Assembly (NCBI RefSeq): GCF_009914755.1
Contig: NC_060933.1
Reading direction: 5' to 3' (one strand)
Length of the DNA stretch: 64,000 bases
Source of the DNA: the human T2T-CHM13v2.0 reference genome, Homo sapiens
Positions 12,781-26,120 of the stretch are shown here, piece by piece. Under the pieces are notes generated by a model. That model made no database searches, was not told the DNA's origin, and saw only the letters and a list, made by a program, of their open reading frames with translations. Both the position numbers and the translations under genes were made by a program. Each line of letters opens with the position of its first letter. Positions within the stretch are counted from its first letter, which is position 1.

Positions 12781-15700
12781 TTACATTCAGATTGATTCTA
12801 TTCAATTCCCTTACACTCCATTATATTCCAATCCATTCTGGTTGTTTCCATTCCATTCCATTCCATTTCACTCCATTCCATTGCACTCGGTTTGATTCCA
12901 TTCCATTCCATTCCATTCCATTCCAGATGATTCCATTCCATTGCATTCCGTTCCATTCCATTCCCCTGCACTCAGGTTGATTCCATTCCATTCCATTCCA
13001 CTCCATTTGGTTCCATTCCATTCCATTCTATTGCATTCCATTCTATTCGGGTTAATTCCATTCCATTCTATTCCATTCCATTCCACTCCATTCCATTGCA
13101 ATGGAGTTGATTCCATTCCATTCCATTCCATTCCATTCCGGATGTTTCCATTCCATTGCATTCCATTCCATTCCATTCCATTCCATTCCGGATGATTCCA
13201 TTCCATTGCATTCCATTCCATTCCATTCCCCTGCACTCGTGTTGATTCCATTCCCTTCCATTCCATTCCATTCCGTTCCATTCCATTGCATTCCATTCTA
13301 TTCCAGTTAATTCCATTCCATTCCATTCGATTGCAATCGAGTTGATTCCATTCCATTCCATTCCATTCCATTCCATTCCATTCCTTTCCTTTCCATTCCA
13401 TTACGAATGATTCCATTCCATTGCATTCCATTCCATTCCATTCAATTCCATTCCGTTCCATTCCATTCCATTACATTCGGATTGATTCAATTCAACTCCC
13501 TTACTCTCCATTACATTCCATTCCATTCGGGTTGTTCCATTCCATTCCATTCCATTCCACTCCATTCCATTGCACTCGGGTTTATTCCATTCCATTCCAT
13601 TCCATTCCATTCCATTCCATTCCGGAAGATTCCATTCCATTGCATTCCATTCCATTCCATTCCCCTGCATTCGCGTTGATTACATTCCATTCCATTCCAT
13701 TCCATTCTATTCCATTCCTTTCCGTTCCATTCCATTCCATTCCATTCCATTCCAATCCATTCCATTCCGGTCCGTTCCGTTCCATTCCATTCCATTCCAT
13801 TCTATTCGGGTTAATTCCATTCCATTCCATTCGATTGCCAACGAGTTGATTCCATTCCATTCCATTCCATTCCATTCCACTCCATTCCAGTCCTTTCCAT
13901 TCCATTCCACTCGGGTTGATTCCAATGTATTCCTTTCCATTCCATTCCATTCCATTGCAATCGAGTTGATTCCATTGATTTGCATTCCATTCCATTCCAT
14001 TCCATTCCGGATGATTCCATTCCATTGCATTCCATTCCATTCCATTCCCCTGCACTCGGGTTGATTCCATTCCATTCCTCTCCATTCCGTTCCATTCCAT
14101 TCCATTGCATTGTATTCAGGTTAATTACATTCCATTCCATTCCATTCCATTACAATTGAGTTGATTCCATTCCATTCCATTCCATTCCAGTCCTTTCCAT
14201 TCCATTCCACTCGGGTTGATTCCATTCTATTAGTTTCCATTCCATTCCATTCCGTTCCATTCCACTCTGGTTGATTCCATTCCTTTCCATTCCACTCGAA
14301 TACATTCCCTCCTATTCCACTCGGAACGATTCCATTCCATTCCATTCCATTCCATTCCATTCCATTCCATTCCATTTCGTTCCATTCCATTCTTTTCCGT
14401 ATCATTCCATTCAATTCCATTCCATTTCATTCCATTCCATTCCATTCCATTCCATTCCATTCCATTGTACTCGGGTTGATTCCATTCCATTGCATTCCAT
14501 TCCATTCCATTCCATTCCATTCCATTCCATTCCATTCCGGATGATTCCATTCCATTGCATTCCGTTCCATTACATTCCCCTGCACTCGCGTTGATTCCAT
14601 TCCATTCCATTCCATTCTATTCAATTCCATTCCATTACAATTCGTTCCATTCCATTCTATTCCGTACCATTCCATTCCATTTCATACCATTCCATTCCAT
14701 TCCATTCCATTCCATTCCATTCCATTCCATTCCGTTCCATTCCATTCCATTCTATTCGGGTTAATTCCATTCCATTCCATTCCATTCCATTATTTTCCAT
14801 TCCATTGCAATCGAGTTGAATCCATTGCATTTCATTCCATTCCATTCCATTCCATTCCATTCCGGAAGATTCCATTCCATTGCATTCCATTCCATTCCAT
14901 TCCCCTGCACTCGCGTTGATTCCATTCCATTCCATTCCATTCCATTCCATTCCATTCCATTCCATTCCATTCCCTTCCGTTCCTTTCCATTCCATTCCAT
15001 TCCATTCCATTCCGTTCCGTTCCATTCCATTCCATTCCATTCTATTCGGGTTAATTCCATTCCATTCCATTCGATTGCAATCGTGTTGATTCCATTCCAT
15101 TCCATTCCATTCCATTCCATTCCATTCCATTCCCCTGTACTCGGGTTGACTCCATTCCATTGCATTCCAATCCATGCCCTTCCACTCGTGTTGATTCCAT
15201 TCTTTCCATTCCATTCAAGTTGAATCCATTCCATTGCATTCCATTCCATTCGATTCCATTCGATTGCACTCGGGTTGATTCCATTCCATTGCATTCTATT
15301 CCATTCCATTCCATTCCATTCCATTCCATTCCATTCCGTTCCATTCTATTCCATTACATTCGGATTGATTCTATTCAATTCGCTTACACTCCATTACATT
15401 CCATTCCATTCGGGTAGTTTCCACTCCATTCCATTCCATTCCTCTCCATTCCATTGCACTCGGGTTGATTCCATTCCATTGCATTCCATTCCATTCCATT
15501 CAATTCCATTCCGTTCCATTCTATTCCTTTACATTCGGATTGATTCTATTCAACTCCCTTACTCTCCATTACATTCCATTCCATTCGGGCTGTTCCATTC
15601 CATTCCATTCCATTCCACTCCATTCCATTGCACTCGGGTTTATTCCATTCCATTCCATTCCATTCCATTCCATTCCATTCCGGAAGATTCCATTCCATTG

Positions 15701-16624
15701 CATTCCATTCCATTCCATTCCCCTGCACTCGCGTTGATTCCATTCCATTCCATACCATTCCATTCCATTCCATTCCATTCCATTCCATTCCATTCCTTTC
15801 CGTTCCATTCCATTCCATTCCATTCCATTCCATTCCATTCCGTTCCATTCCGTTCCATTCCATTCCATTCCATTCTATTCGGGTTAATTCCATTCCATTC
15901 CATTCCATTGCAATCGAGTTGATTCCATTCCATTCCATTCCATTCCATTCCATTCCATTCCATTCCTTTCCATTCCATTACGGATGATTCCATTCCATTG
16001 CATTCCATTCCATTCCATTCCCCTGTACTCGGGTTCATTCCATTCCATTCCATTCCAATCCATGCCATTTCACTCGTGTTGATTCCATTCTTTCCATTCC
16101 ATTCAAGTTGAATCCATTCCATTCCATTCCATTCCATTCCATTCCATTTCGTTCCATTCCATTCTATTCCGTATCATTCCATTCCATTCCATTCCATTCC
16201 ATTCCATTCCATTCCACTCGTGTTGATTCCATTCCTTTCCATTCCATTCGGTTTGAAGGCATTCCATTCCATTCCATTCCATTCCATTCCATTCCATTGT
16301 ACTCGGGTTGATTGCATTCCATTGCATTGCATTCCATTCCATTCCGTTGCATTCCATTCCATTACATTCGGAATGATTCTATTCAACTCCCTTATTCTCC
16401 ATTATATTCCATTCCATTCGGGTTGTTCCATTCCATTCCATTCCATTCCACTCCATTCCATTGCACTCGGGTTGATTCCATTCCACTCCATTCCATTCCA
16501 TTCCATTCCATTCCATTCCGGATGATTCCATTCCATTGCATTCCGTTCCATTACATTCCCCTGCACTCGCGTTGATTCCATTCCATTCCATTCCATTCCA
16601 TTCCATTCCATTCCATTCCGGATG

Positions 16625-19600
16625 ATTCCATTCCATTGCATTCCATTCCATTCCATTCCCCTATACTCGGGTTGATTCCATTCCATTCCATTCCAATCCA
16701 TGCCATTCCACTCGTGTTGATTCCATTCTTTCCATTCCATTCAATTTGAATCCATTCCATTGCATTCCATTCCATTCGATTCCATTCGATTGCACTCGGG
16801 TTGATTCCATTCCATTGCATTCCATTCCATTCCATTCCATTCCATTCCATTCCGTTCCATTCCATTTCATTACATTCAGATTGAATCTATTCAATTCCCT
16901 TACACTCCATTATATTCCAATCCATTCTGGTTGTGTCCATTCCATTCCATTCCATTTCACTCCATTCCATTGCACTCGGGTTGATTCCATTCCATTCCAT
17001 TCCATTGCATTCCATTCCATTCCATTCCGGATGATTCCATTCCATTGCCTTCCATTCCATTCCATTCCCCTGCAGTCGGGTTGATTCCATTCCATTCCAT
17101 TCCATTCCATTCCATTCCATTCCGTTCCGTTCCATTCCATTCCATTCCATTCTATTCGGGTTAATTCCATTCCATTCCATTCCATTCCATTCCAATCGAG
17201 TTGATTCCATTCCATTCCATTCCATTCCATTCCACTCCATTCCAGTCCTTTCCATTCCATTCCACTCGGGTTGATTCCAATGTATTCCTTTCCATTCCAT
17301 TCCATTCCATTGCAATCGAGTTGATTCCATTGCTTTGCATTCCATTCCATTCCATTCCATTCCGGATGATTCCATTCCATTGCATTCCATTCCATTCCAT
17401 TCCCCTGCACTCGGGTTGATTCCATTCCATTCCATTCCATTCCATCACAATCGAGTTGGTTCCATTCCATTCCATTCCATTCCATTCCATTCCATTCCGG
17501 ATGATTCCATTCCATTACATTCCGTTCCATTACATTCCCCTGCACTCGGGTTGATTCCATTCCATTCCATTCCATTCCATTCGATTCCATTCCATTCCAA
17601 TTATTTCCATTCCATTCTATTCCGTACCATTCCATTCCATTCCATACCATTCCAGTCCATTCCATTCCATTCTATTCCATTCCATTGCAATCGAGTTGAA
17701 TCCATTGCATTCCATTCTATTTCATTCCATTCCATTCCGTTCCATTCCATTCCATTACATTCGGATTGATTCTATTCAACTCCCTTACTCTCCATTACGT
17801 TCCATTCCATTCGGGTTGTTTCTTTCCATTCCATTCCATTCCACTTCATTCCATTGCACTCAGGTTGATTCCATTCCATTCCATTCCATTCCGGAAGATT
17901 CCATTCCATTGCATTCCATTACATTCCATTCCCCTGCACTCGCGTTGATTATATTCCATTCCATTCCATTCCATTCCATTCCATTCCTTTCCGTTCCATT
18001 CCATTCCATTCCGTTCCGTTCCGTTCCAATCCATTCCATTCCATTCTATTCGAGTTAATTCCATTCCATTTCATTCGATTGCAATCGAGTTGATTCCATT
18101 CCATTCCATTCCATTCCATTCCATTCCATTCCATTCCATTCCATTACGGATGATTCCATTCCATTGCATTCCATTCCATTCCATTCCCCTGTATTCGGGT
18201 TGACTCCATTCCATTCCATTCCAATCCATGCCATTCCGCTCGTGTTGATTCAATTCTTTCCATTCCATTCAAGTTGAATCCATTCCATTGCATTCCATTC
18301 CATTCGATTCCATTCGATTGCACTCGGGTTGATTCCATTCCATTGCATTCCATTCCATTCCATTTCATTACATTCCATTCCTTTCCATTCCATTCCATTC
18401 CATTCAATTCCATTGCAATCGAGTTGATTCCATTCCATTCCTTTCCATTCCATTCCATTGCCTTGCATTCCACTCGGGTTGATTCCATTCCCTTCTTTCC
18501 ACTCCATTACATTCCCTTCCATTTCACTCGCAATGATTGATTCCATTCCATTCCATTCCATTTCATTCCATTGCAATCCATTCCAATCCATTCCATTCCA
18601 TTCCATTCCACTCGAGTTGATTTCATTCCATTCCATTCCATTCCATTCCATTCCTTTCCACTCGAGTTGATTCCATTCCATGCCATTCCATTGCATTCCA
18701 TTCCATGCCATTCCACTCGCGTTGATTCCATTCCATTCCATTCCATTCCATTCCAATCCATTGCATTCCATTCCATTCCATTCCCCTGCACTCTGGTTGA
18801 TTCCATTCCATTCCATTCTATTTAATTCCATTCCATTCCATTCCATTCCATTCCATTCCAATCCGTTCCATTCCATTCCATTCCATTCTATTGCAATCGA
18901 CTTGATTCCATTCCATTCCATTCCATTCCATTCCATTCCATTCCATTTTGTTCCAATCCATTCTATTCCGAACAATTCCATTCCATTCCATTCCATTCCA
19001 TTCCATTCCATTCCATGCCATTCCACTCGGTTTGATTCCAATCCTTTCCATTCCATTCCATTCCATTCCATTACAATCGAGTTGATTCCATTCCATTCCA
19101 TTCTATTCCAGTCCTTTCCATTCCATTCCACTCGGGTTGATTCCATTCTATTAGTTTCCATTCCATTCCATTCCCTTCCATTCCACTCTGGTTGATTCCA
19201 TTCCTTTCCATTCCACTCGAATACATTCCCTCCTATTACACTCGGAACGATTCCATTCCATTCCATTCCATTCCATTCCATTCCATTCCATTTCGTTCCA
19301 TTCCATTCTATTCCGTATCATTCCATTCCATTCCATTCCATTCCATTCCATTCCATTGTACTTGGGTTGATTCCATTCCATTGCAATCCATTCCATTCCA
19401 TTCCATTCCATTCCATTCCATTCCATTCCATTCCGTTCCATTCCATTACATTCGGATTGATTCTTTTGAACTCCGTTACTCTCCATTACATTCCATTCCA
19501 TTCGGATTGTTCCATTCCATTCCATTCCATTCCACTCCATTCCATTGCACTCGGGTTGATTCCATTCCATTGCATTCCATTCCATTCCGGATGATTCCAT

Positions 19601-22600
19601 TCCATTGCATTCCGTTCCATTACATTCCCCTGCACTCGGGTTGATTCCATTCCATTCCATTCCATTGCATTCGATTCCATTCCATTCCCCTGCACTCGCG
19701 TTGTTTCCATTCCATTCCATTCCATTCCATTCCTTTCCATTCCAGTCCTTTCCATTCCATTCCACTCGGGTTGATTCCATTCTATTAGTTTCCATTCCAT
19801 TCCATTCCCTTCCTTTCCACTCTGGTTGATTCCATTCCTTTCCATTCCACTCGAATACATTCCCTCCTATTCCACTCAGAACGACTCCATTCCATTCCAT
19901 TCCATTCCAATCCATTCCATTCCATTCCATTTCTTTCCATTCCATTCTATTCCGTATCATTCCATTCCATTCCATTCCATTCCATTCCATTCCATTCCAT
20001 TCCATTGTACTCGGGTTGATTCCATTCCATTCCATTCCATTCCATTCCATTCCATTCCATTCCATTCCATTCCGTTCCATTCCATTACATTCGGATTGAT
20101 TCTTTTCAACTCCCTTACTCTCCATTACATTCCATTCCATTCGGATTCTTCCATTCCATTCCATTCCATTCCACTCCATTCCATTGCACTCGGGTTGATT
20201 CCATTCCATTCCATTCCATTCCATTCCATTCCATTCCGGATGATTCCATTCCATTGCATTCCGTTCCATTACATTCCCCTGCACTCGCGTTGATTCCATT
20301 CCATTCCATTCCATTCCATTCAATTCCATTCCATTACAATTCGTTCCATTGCATTCTATTCCGTACCATTCCATTCCATTCCATTCCATTCCATTCCATT
20401 CCATTCCGTTCCATTCCGTTCCATTCCATTCCATTCCATTCTATTCGGATTAATTCCATTCCATTGCATTCCATTCCATTCTATTCCATTCCATTGCAAT
20501 CTATTTGAATCCATTGCATTTCATTCCATTCCATTCCATTCCATTCCATTCCATTCCATTCCATTCCGGAAGATTCCATTCCATTGCATTCCATTCCATT
20601 CCATTCCCCTGCAGTCGCATTGATTCCATTCCATTCCATTCCATTCCATTCCGTTCCGTTCCATTCCATTCCATTCCATTCCATTCCATTCCATTCCATT
20701 CCGTTCCGTTCCATTCCATTCCATTCCATTCTATTCGGGTTAATTCCATTCCATTCCATTCGATTGCAATCGAGTTGATTCCATTCCATTCCATTCCATT
20801 CCATTCCATTCCATTCCATTCCTTTCCATTCCATTACGGATGATTCCATTCCATTGCATTCCATTCCATTCCATTCCCCTGTACTCGGGTTGATTCCATT
20901 CCATTCCATTCCAATCCATGCCATTCCACTCGTGTTGATTCCATTCTTTCCATTGCATTCAAGTTGAATCCATTCCATTGCATTCCATTCCATTCGATTC
21001 CATTCGATTGCACTCGGGTTCATTCCATTCCATTGCATTCCAATCGATTCCATTCTATTCCATTCCATTCCATTCCGTTCCATTCCATTCCATTACATTC
21101 GGATTGATTCTATTCAATTCCCTTACACTCCATTACATTCCATTCCATTCGGGTAGTTTCCATTCCATTCCATTCCATTCCTCTCCATTCCATTGCACTC
21201 GGGTTGATTCCATTCCATTGCATTCCATTCCATTCCATTCAATTCCATTCCGTTCCATTCCATTACATTACATTCGGATTGATTCTATTCAACTCCCTTA
21301 CTCTCCATTACATTCCATTCCATTCGGGTTGTTCCATTCCATTCCATTCCATTCCACTCCATTCCATTGCACTCGGGTTGATTCCATTCCATTCCATTCC
21401 ATTCCATTCCGGATGATTCCATTCCATTGCGTTCCGTTCCATTACATTCCCCTGCACTCGGGTTGATTCCATTCCATTCCATTCTATTCCATTCGATTCC
21501 GTTCCATTCCCCTGCACTCGCGTTGATTCCATTCCATTCCATTCCATTCCATTCCATTCCATTCCATTCCTTTCCATTCCAGTCCTTTCCATTCCATTCC
21601 ACTCAGGTTGATTCCATTCTATTAGTTTCCAATCCATTCCATTCCCTTCCATTCCACTCTGGTTGATTCCATTCCTTTCCATTCCACTCGAATACATTCC
21701 TTCCTATTAGACTCGGAACGATTCCATTCCGTTCCATTCCATTCCATTCCATTCCATTCCATTTCGTTCCATTCCATTCTATTCCTTATCATTCCATTCC
21801 ATTCCATTCCATTCCATTCCACTCGTGTTGATTCCATTCCTTTCCATTCCATTCGGTTTGAAGGCATTCCATTCCATTCCATTCCATTCCATTCCATTCC
21901 ATTCCATTCCATTCCGTTTCATTGTACTCGGGTTGATTCCATTCCATTGCATTCCATTCCATTCCATTCCATTCCATTCCGTTGCATTCAATTCCATTTC
22001 ATTCGGATTGATTCTATTCAACTCCCTTACTCTCCATTACATTCCATTCCATTCGGGTTGTTCCATTCTTTTCCATTCCGTTCCATTCCACTCCATTCCA
22101 TTGCACTCGGGTTGATTCCATTCCATTCCATTCCATTCCATTCCATTCCGGATGATTCCATTCCGTTGCATTCCGTTCCATTACATTCCCCTGCACTCGC
22201 GTTGATTCCATTCCATTCCATTCCATTCCATTCAATTCCATTCCATTACAATTCGTTCCATTCCATTCTATTCTGTACCATTCCATTCCATTCCATACCA
22301 TTCCATTCCATTCCATTCCATTCCATTCCGTTCCATTCCGTTCCATTCCATTCCATTCCATTCTATTCGGGTTAATTCCATTCCATTCCATTCCATTCCA
22401 TTCCATTCCATTCTATTCCATTCCATTGCAATCGAGTTGAATCCATTGCATTTCATTCCATTCCATTCCATTCCATTCCATTCCGGAAGATTCCATTCCA
22501 TTGCATTCCATTCCATTCCATTCCCCTGCACTCGCGTTTATTCCATTCCATTCCATTCCATTCCATTCCATTCCGTTCCGTTCCGTTCCATTCCATTCCA

Positions 22601-25600
22601 TTCCGTTCCGTTCCATTCCATTCCATTCCATTCTATTCGGGTTAATTCCATTCCATTCCATTCGATTGCAGTCGAGTTGATTCCATTCCATTCCATTCCA
22701 TTCCATTCCATTCCATTCCATTCCATTTCGTTGCATTCCATTCTATTCCGTATCATTCCATTCCATTCCATTCCTTTCCATTCCATTCCATTCCATTCCA
22801 CTCGTGTTGATTCCATTCCTTTCCATTCCATTCGATTTGAAGGCATTCCATTCTATTCCATTCCATTCCATTCCATTCCATTCCATTCCATTGTACTCGG
22901 GTTGATTCCATTCCATTGCATTCAATTCCATTCCATTCCATTCCTTTCCATTCCGTTGCATTCCATTCCATTACATTCGGATTGATTCTATTCATCTCCC
23001 TTACTCTCCATTACATTCCATTCCATTCGGGTTGTTCCATTCCATTCCATTCCATTCCACTCCATTCCATTGCACTCGGGTTGATTCCATTCCATTCCAT
23101 TCCATTCCATTCGATGTCATTCCATTCCAATTCTTTCCATTCCATTCTATTCCGTACCATGCCATTCCATTCCATACAATTCCATTCCATTCCATTCCAC
23201 TCCGTTCCGTTCCGTTCCGTTCCGTTCCATTCCATTCCATTCCATTCTATTCGGGTTAATTCCATTCCATTCCATTCGATTGCAATCGAGTTGATTCCAT
23301 TCCATTCAATTCCATTCCATTCCATTCCATTCCATTCCATTCCATTCCTTTCCATTCCATTACGGATGATTCCATTCCATTGCATTCCATTCCATTCCAT
23401 TCCCCTGTACTCGGGTTGATTCCATTCCATTCCATTCCAATCCATGCCATTCCACTCGTGTTGATTCCATTCTTTCCATTCCATTCAAGTTGAATCCATT
23501 CCATTGCCTTCCATTCCATTCCATTCCCCTGCAGTCGGGTTGATTCCATTCCATTCCATTCCATTCCATTCCATTCCATTCCGTTCCGTTCCGTTCCATT
23601 CCATTCCATTCCATTCCATTCCATTCCATTCCATTCCATTGTACTCGGGTTGATTCAATTCCATTGCATTCCATTCCATTCCATTCCATTCCATTCCGTT
23701 GCATTCCATTCCATTACATTCGGATTGATTCTATTCAACTCCCTTACTCTCCATTACATTCCATTCCGTTCTGGTTGTTCCATTCCATTCCATTCCATTC
23801 CATTCCACTCCATTCCATTGCACTCGGGTTGATTCCATTCCATTCCATTCCATTCCATTCCATTCCGGATGATTCCATTCCATTGCATTCCTTTCCATTA
23901 CATTCCCCTGGACTCGCGTAGATTCCATTCCATTCCATTCCATTCCATTCCATTGCATTACAATTCGTTCCATTCCATTCTATTCCGTACCATTCCATTC
24001 CATTCCATACAGTTCCATTCCATTCCATTCCATTCCATTCCGTTCCATTGCATTCCATTCCATTCTATTCGGATTAATTCCATTCCATTCCATTCCATTC
24101 CATTCTATTCCATTCCATTGCAATCGAGTTGAATCCATTGCATTTCATTCCATTCCATTCCATTTCATTCCATTCCGGAAGATTCCATTCCATTGCATTC
24201 CATTCCATTCCATTCCCCTGCACTCGCGTTGATTCCATTCCATTCCATTCCATTCCATTCCGTTACGTTCCATTCCATTCCATTCCATTCCATTCCATTC
24301 CATTCCGTTCCGTTCCATTCCATTCCATTCCATTCTATTCGGGTTAATTCCATTCCATTCCATTCGATTGCAATCGAGTTGATTCCATTCCATTCCATTC
24401 CATTCCATTCCATTCCATTCCATTCCTTTCAATTCCATTACGGTTGATTCCATTCCATTGCATTCCATTCCATTCCATTCCGCTGTACTCGGGTTGATTC
24501 CATTCCATTCCATTCCAATCCATGCCATTCCACTCCTGTTGATTCCATTCTTTCCATTCCATTCAAGTTGAATCCATTCCATTGCATTCCATTCCATTCG
24601 ATTCCATTTGATTGCACTCGGGTTGATTCCATTCCATTGCATTCCATTCCATTCCATTCCATTCCGTTCCATTCCGTTCCATTCCATTCCATTACATTCG
24701 GATTGATTCTATTCAATTCCCTTACACCCCATTACATTCCATTCGGGTAGTTTCCATTGCATTCCATTCCATTCCTCTCCATTCCATTGCACTCGGGTTG
24801 ATTCCATTCCATTGCATTCCATTCCATTCCATTCAATTCCATTCCGTTCCATTCCATTCCATTACATTCGAATTGATTCTATTCAACTCCCTTACTCTCC
24901 ATTACATTCCATTCCATTCGGGTTGTTCCATTCCATTCCATTCCACTCCATTCCATTGCACTCGGGTTGATTCCATTCAATTCCATTCCATTCCATTCCA
25001 TTCCATTCCATTCCATTCCGGAAGATTCCATTCCATTGCATTCCATTCCATTCCATTCCCCTGCACTCGCGTTGATTCCATTCCATTCCATTCTATTCCA
25101 TTCCATTCCCTTCCTTTCCGTTCCATTCCATTCCATTCCATTCCATTCCATTCCGTTCCGTTCCATTCCATTCCATTCCAGTCTATTCGGGTTAATTGCA
25201 TTCCATTCCATTCGATTGCAATCGAGTTGATTCCATTCCATTCCATTCCATTCCATTCCTTTCCATTCCATTACGGATGATTCCATTCCATTGCATTCCA
25301 TTCCATTCCATTCCCCTGTACTCGGGTTGATTCCATTCCATTCCATTCCAATCCATGCCATTCCACTCGTGTTGATTCCATTCTTTCCATTCCATTCAAT
25401 TTGAATCCATTCCATTGCATTCCATTCCATTCGATTCCATTCGATTGCACTCGGGTTGATTCCATTCCATTGCATTCCATTCCATTCCATTCCATTCCAT
25501 TCCATTCCGTTCCATTCCATTCCATTACATTCGGATTGATTCTATTCAATTCCCTTACACTCCATTACATTCCATTCCATTCGGGTAGTTTCCATTCCAT

Positions 25601-26120
25601 TCCATTCCATTCCTCTCCATTCCATTGCACTCGGGTTGATTCCATTCCATTGCATTCCATTCCATTCCATTCAATTCCATTCCGTTGCATTCCATTCCAT
25701 TACATTCAGATTGATTCTATTCAACTCCCTTACTCTGCATTACATTCCATTCCATTCGGGTTGTTCCATTCCATTCCATTCCATTCCACTCCATTCCATT
25801 GCACTCTGGTTGATTCCATTCCATTCCATTCCATTCCATTCCATTCCATTCCATTCCGGAAGATTCCATTCCATTGCATTCCATTCCATTCCATTCCCAT
25901 GCACTCGCGTTGATTCCATTCCATTCCATTCTATTCCATTCCTTTCCCTTCCTTTCCCTTCTACTCCATTCCATTCCATTCCATTCCATTCCATTCCGTT
26001 CCGTTCCATTCCATTCCATTCCATTCTATTCGGGTTAATTCCATTCCATTCCTTTCGATTGCAATCGAGTTGATTCCATTCCATTCCATTCCATTCCACT
26101 CCATTCCTTTCCATTCCATT
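16625..26120 (+). repeat. Copy A (~9.5 kb, internally deleted) of a large tandem duplication
   Basis: The private marker CCCCTATACTCGGG occurs near 16660, 26163 and 37894. Matching ORFs are offset 9483-9503 (18250/27743, 20978/30461, 22014/31507), then 11361 (22916/34277), then ~11731 (23650/35381, 24129/35860). Confidence 0.92.
18350..19060 (+). repeat. Divergent HSat3 island with an atypical variant vocabulary (second copy ~27,845-28,550)
   Basis: Contains words seen essentially only here and in its duplicate: CATTGCCTTGCATTCCACTC, CCCTTCTTTCCACTCC, ATTTCACTCGCAATGATTGA, CCACTCGAGTTGA (18,608 and 18,658), CCATTTTGTTCCAATCC, CCGAAC. Confidence 0.75.

Noticed and set aside
19151-20434. Long ORFs such as the 427-aa minus-strand MEWNG repeat, the 386-aa plus-strand IPFHS repeat at 2002-3162, and all others in the track
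   Set aside because: A pure CATTC/GAATG repeat has no stop codon in any frame and gives a 5-residue periodic peptide. ORFs overlap in all six frames with no domain, codon bias or gene structure.
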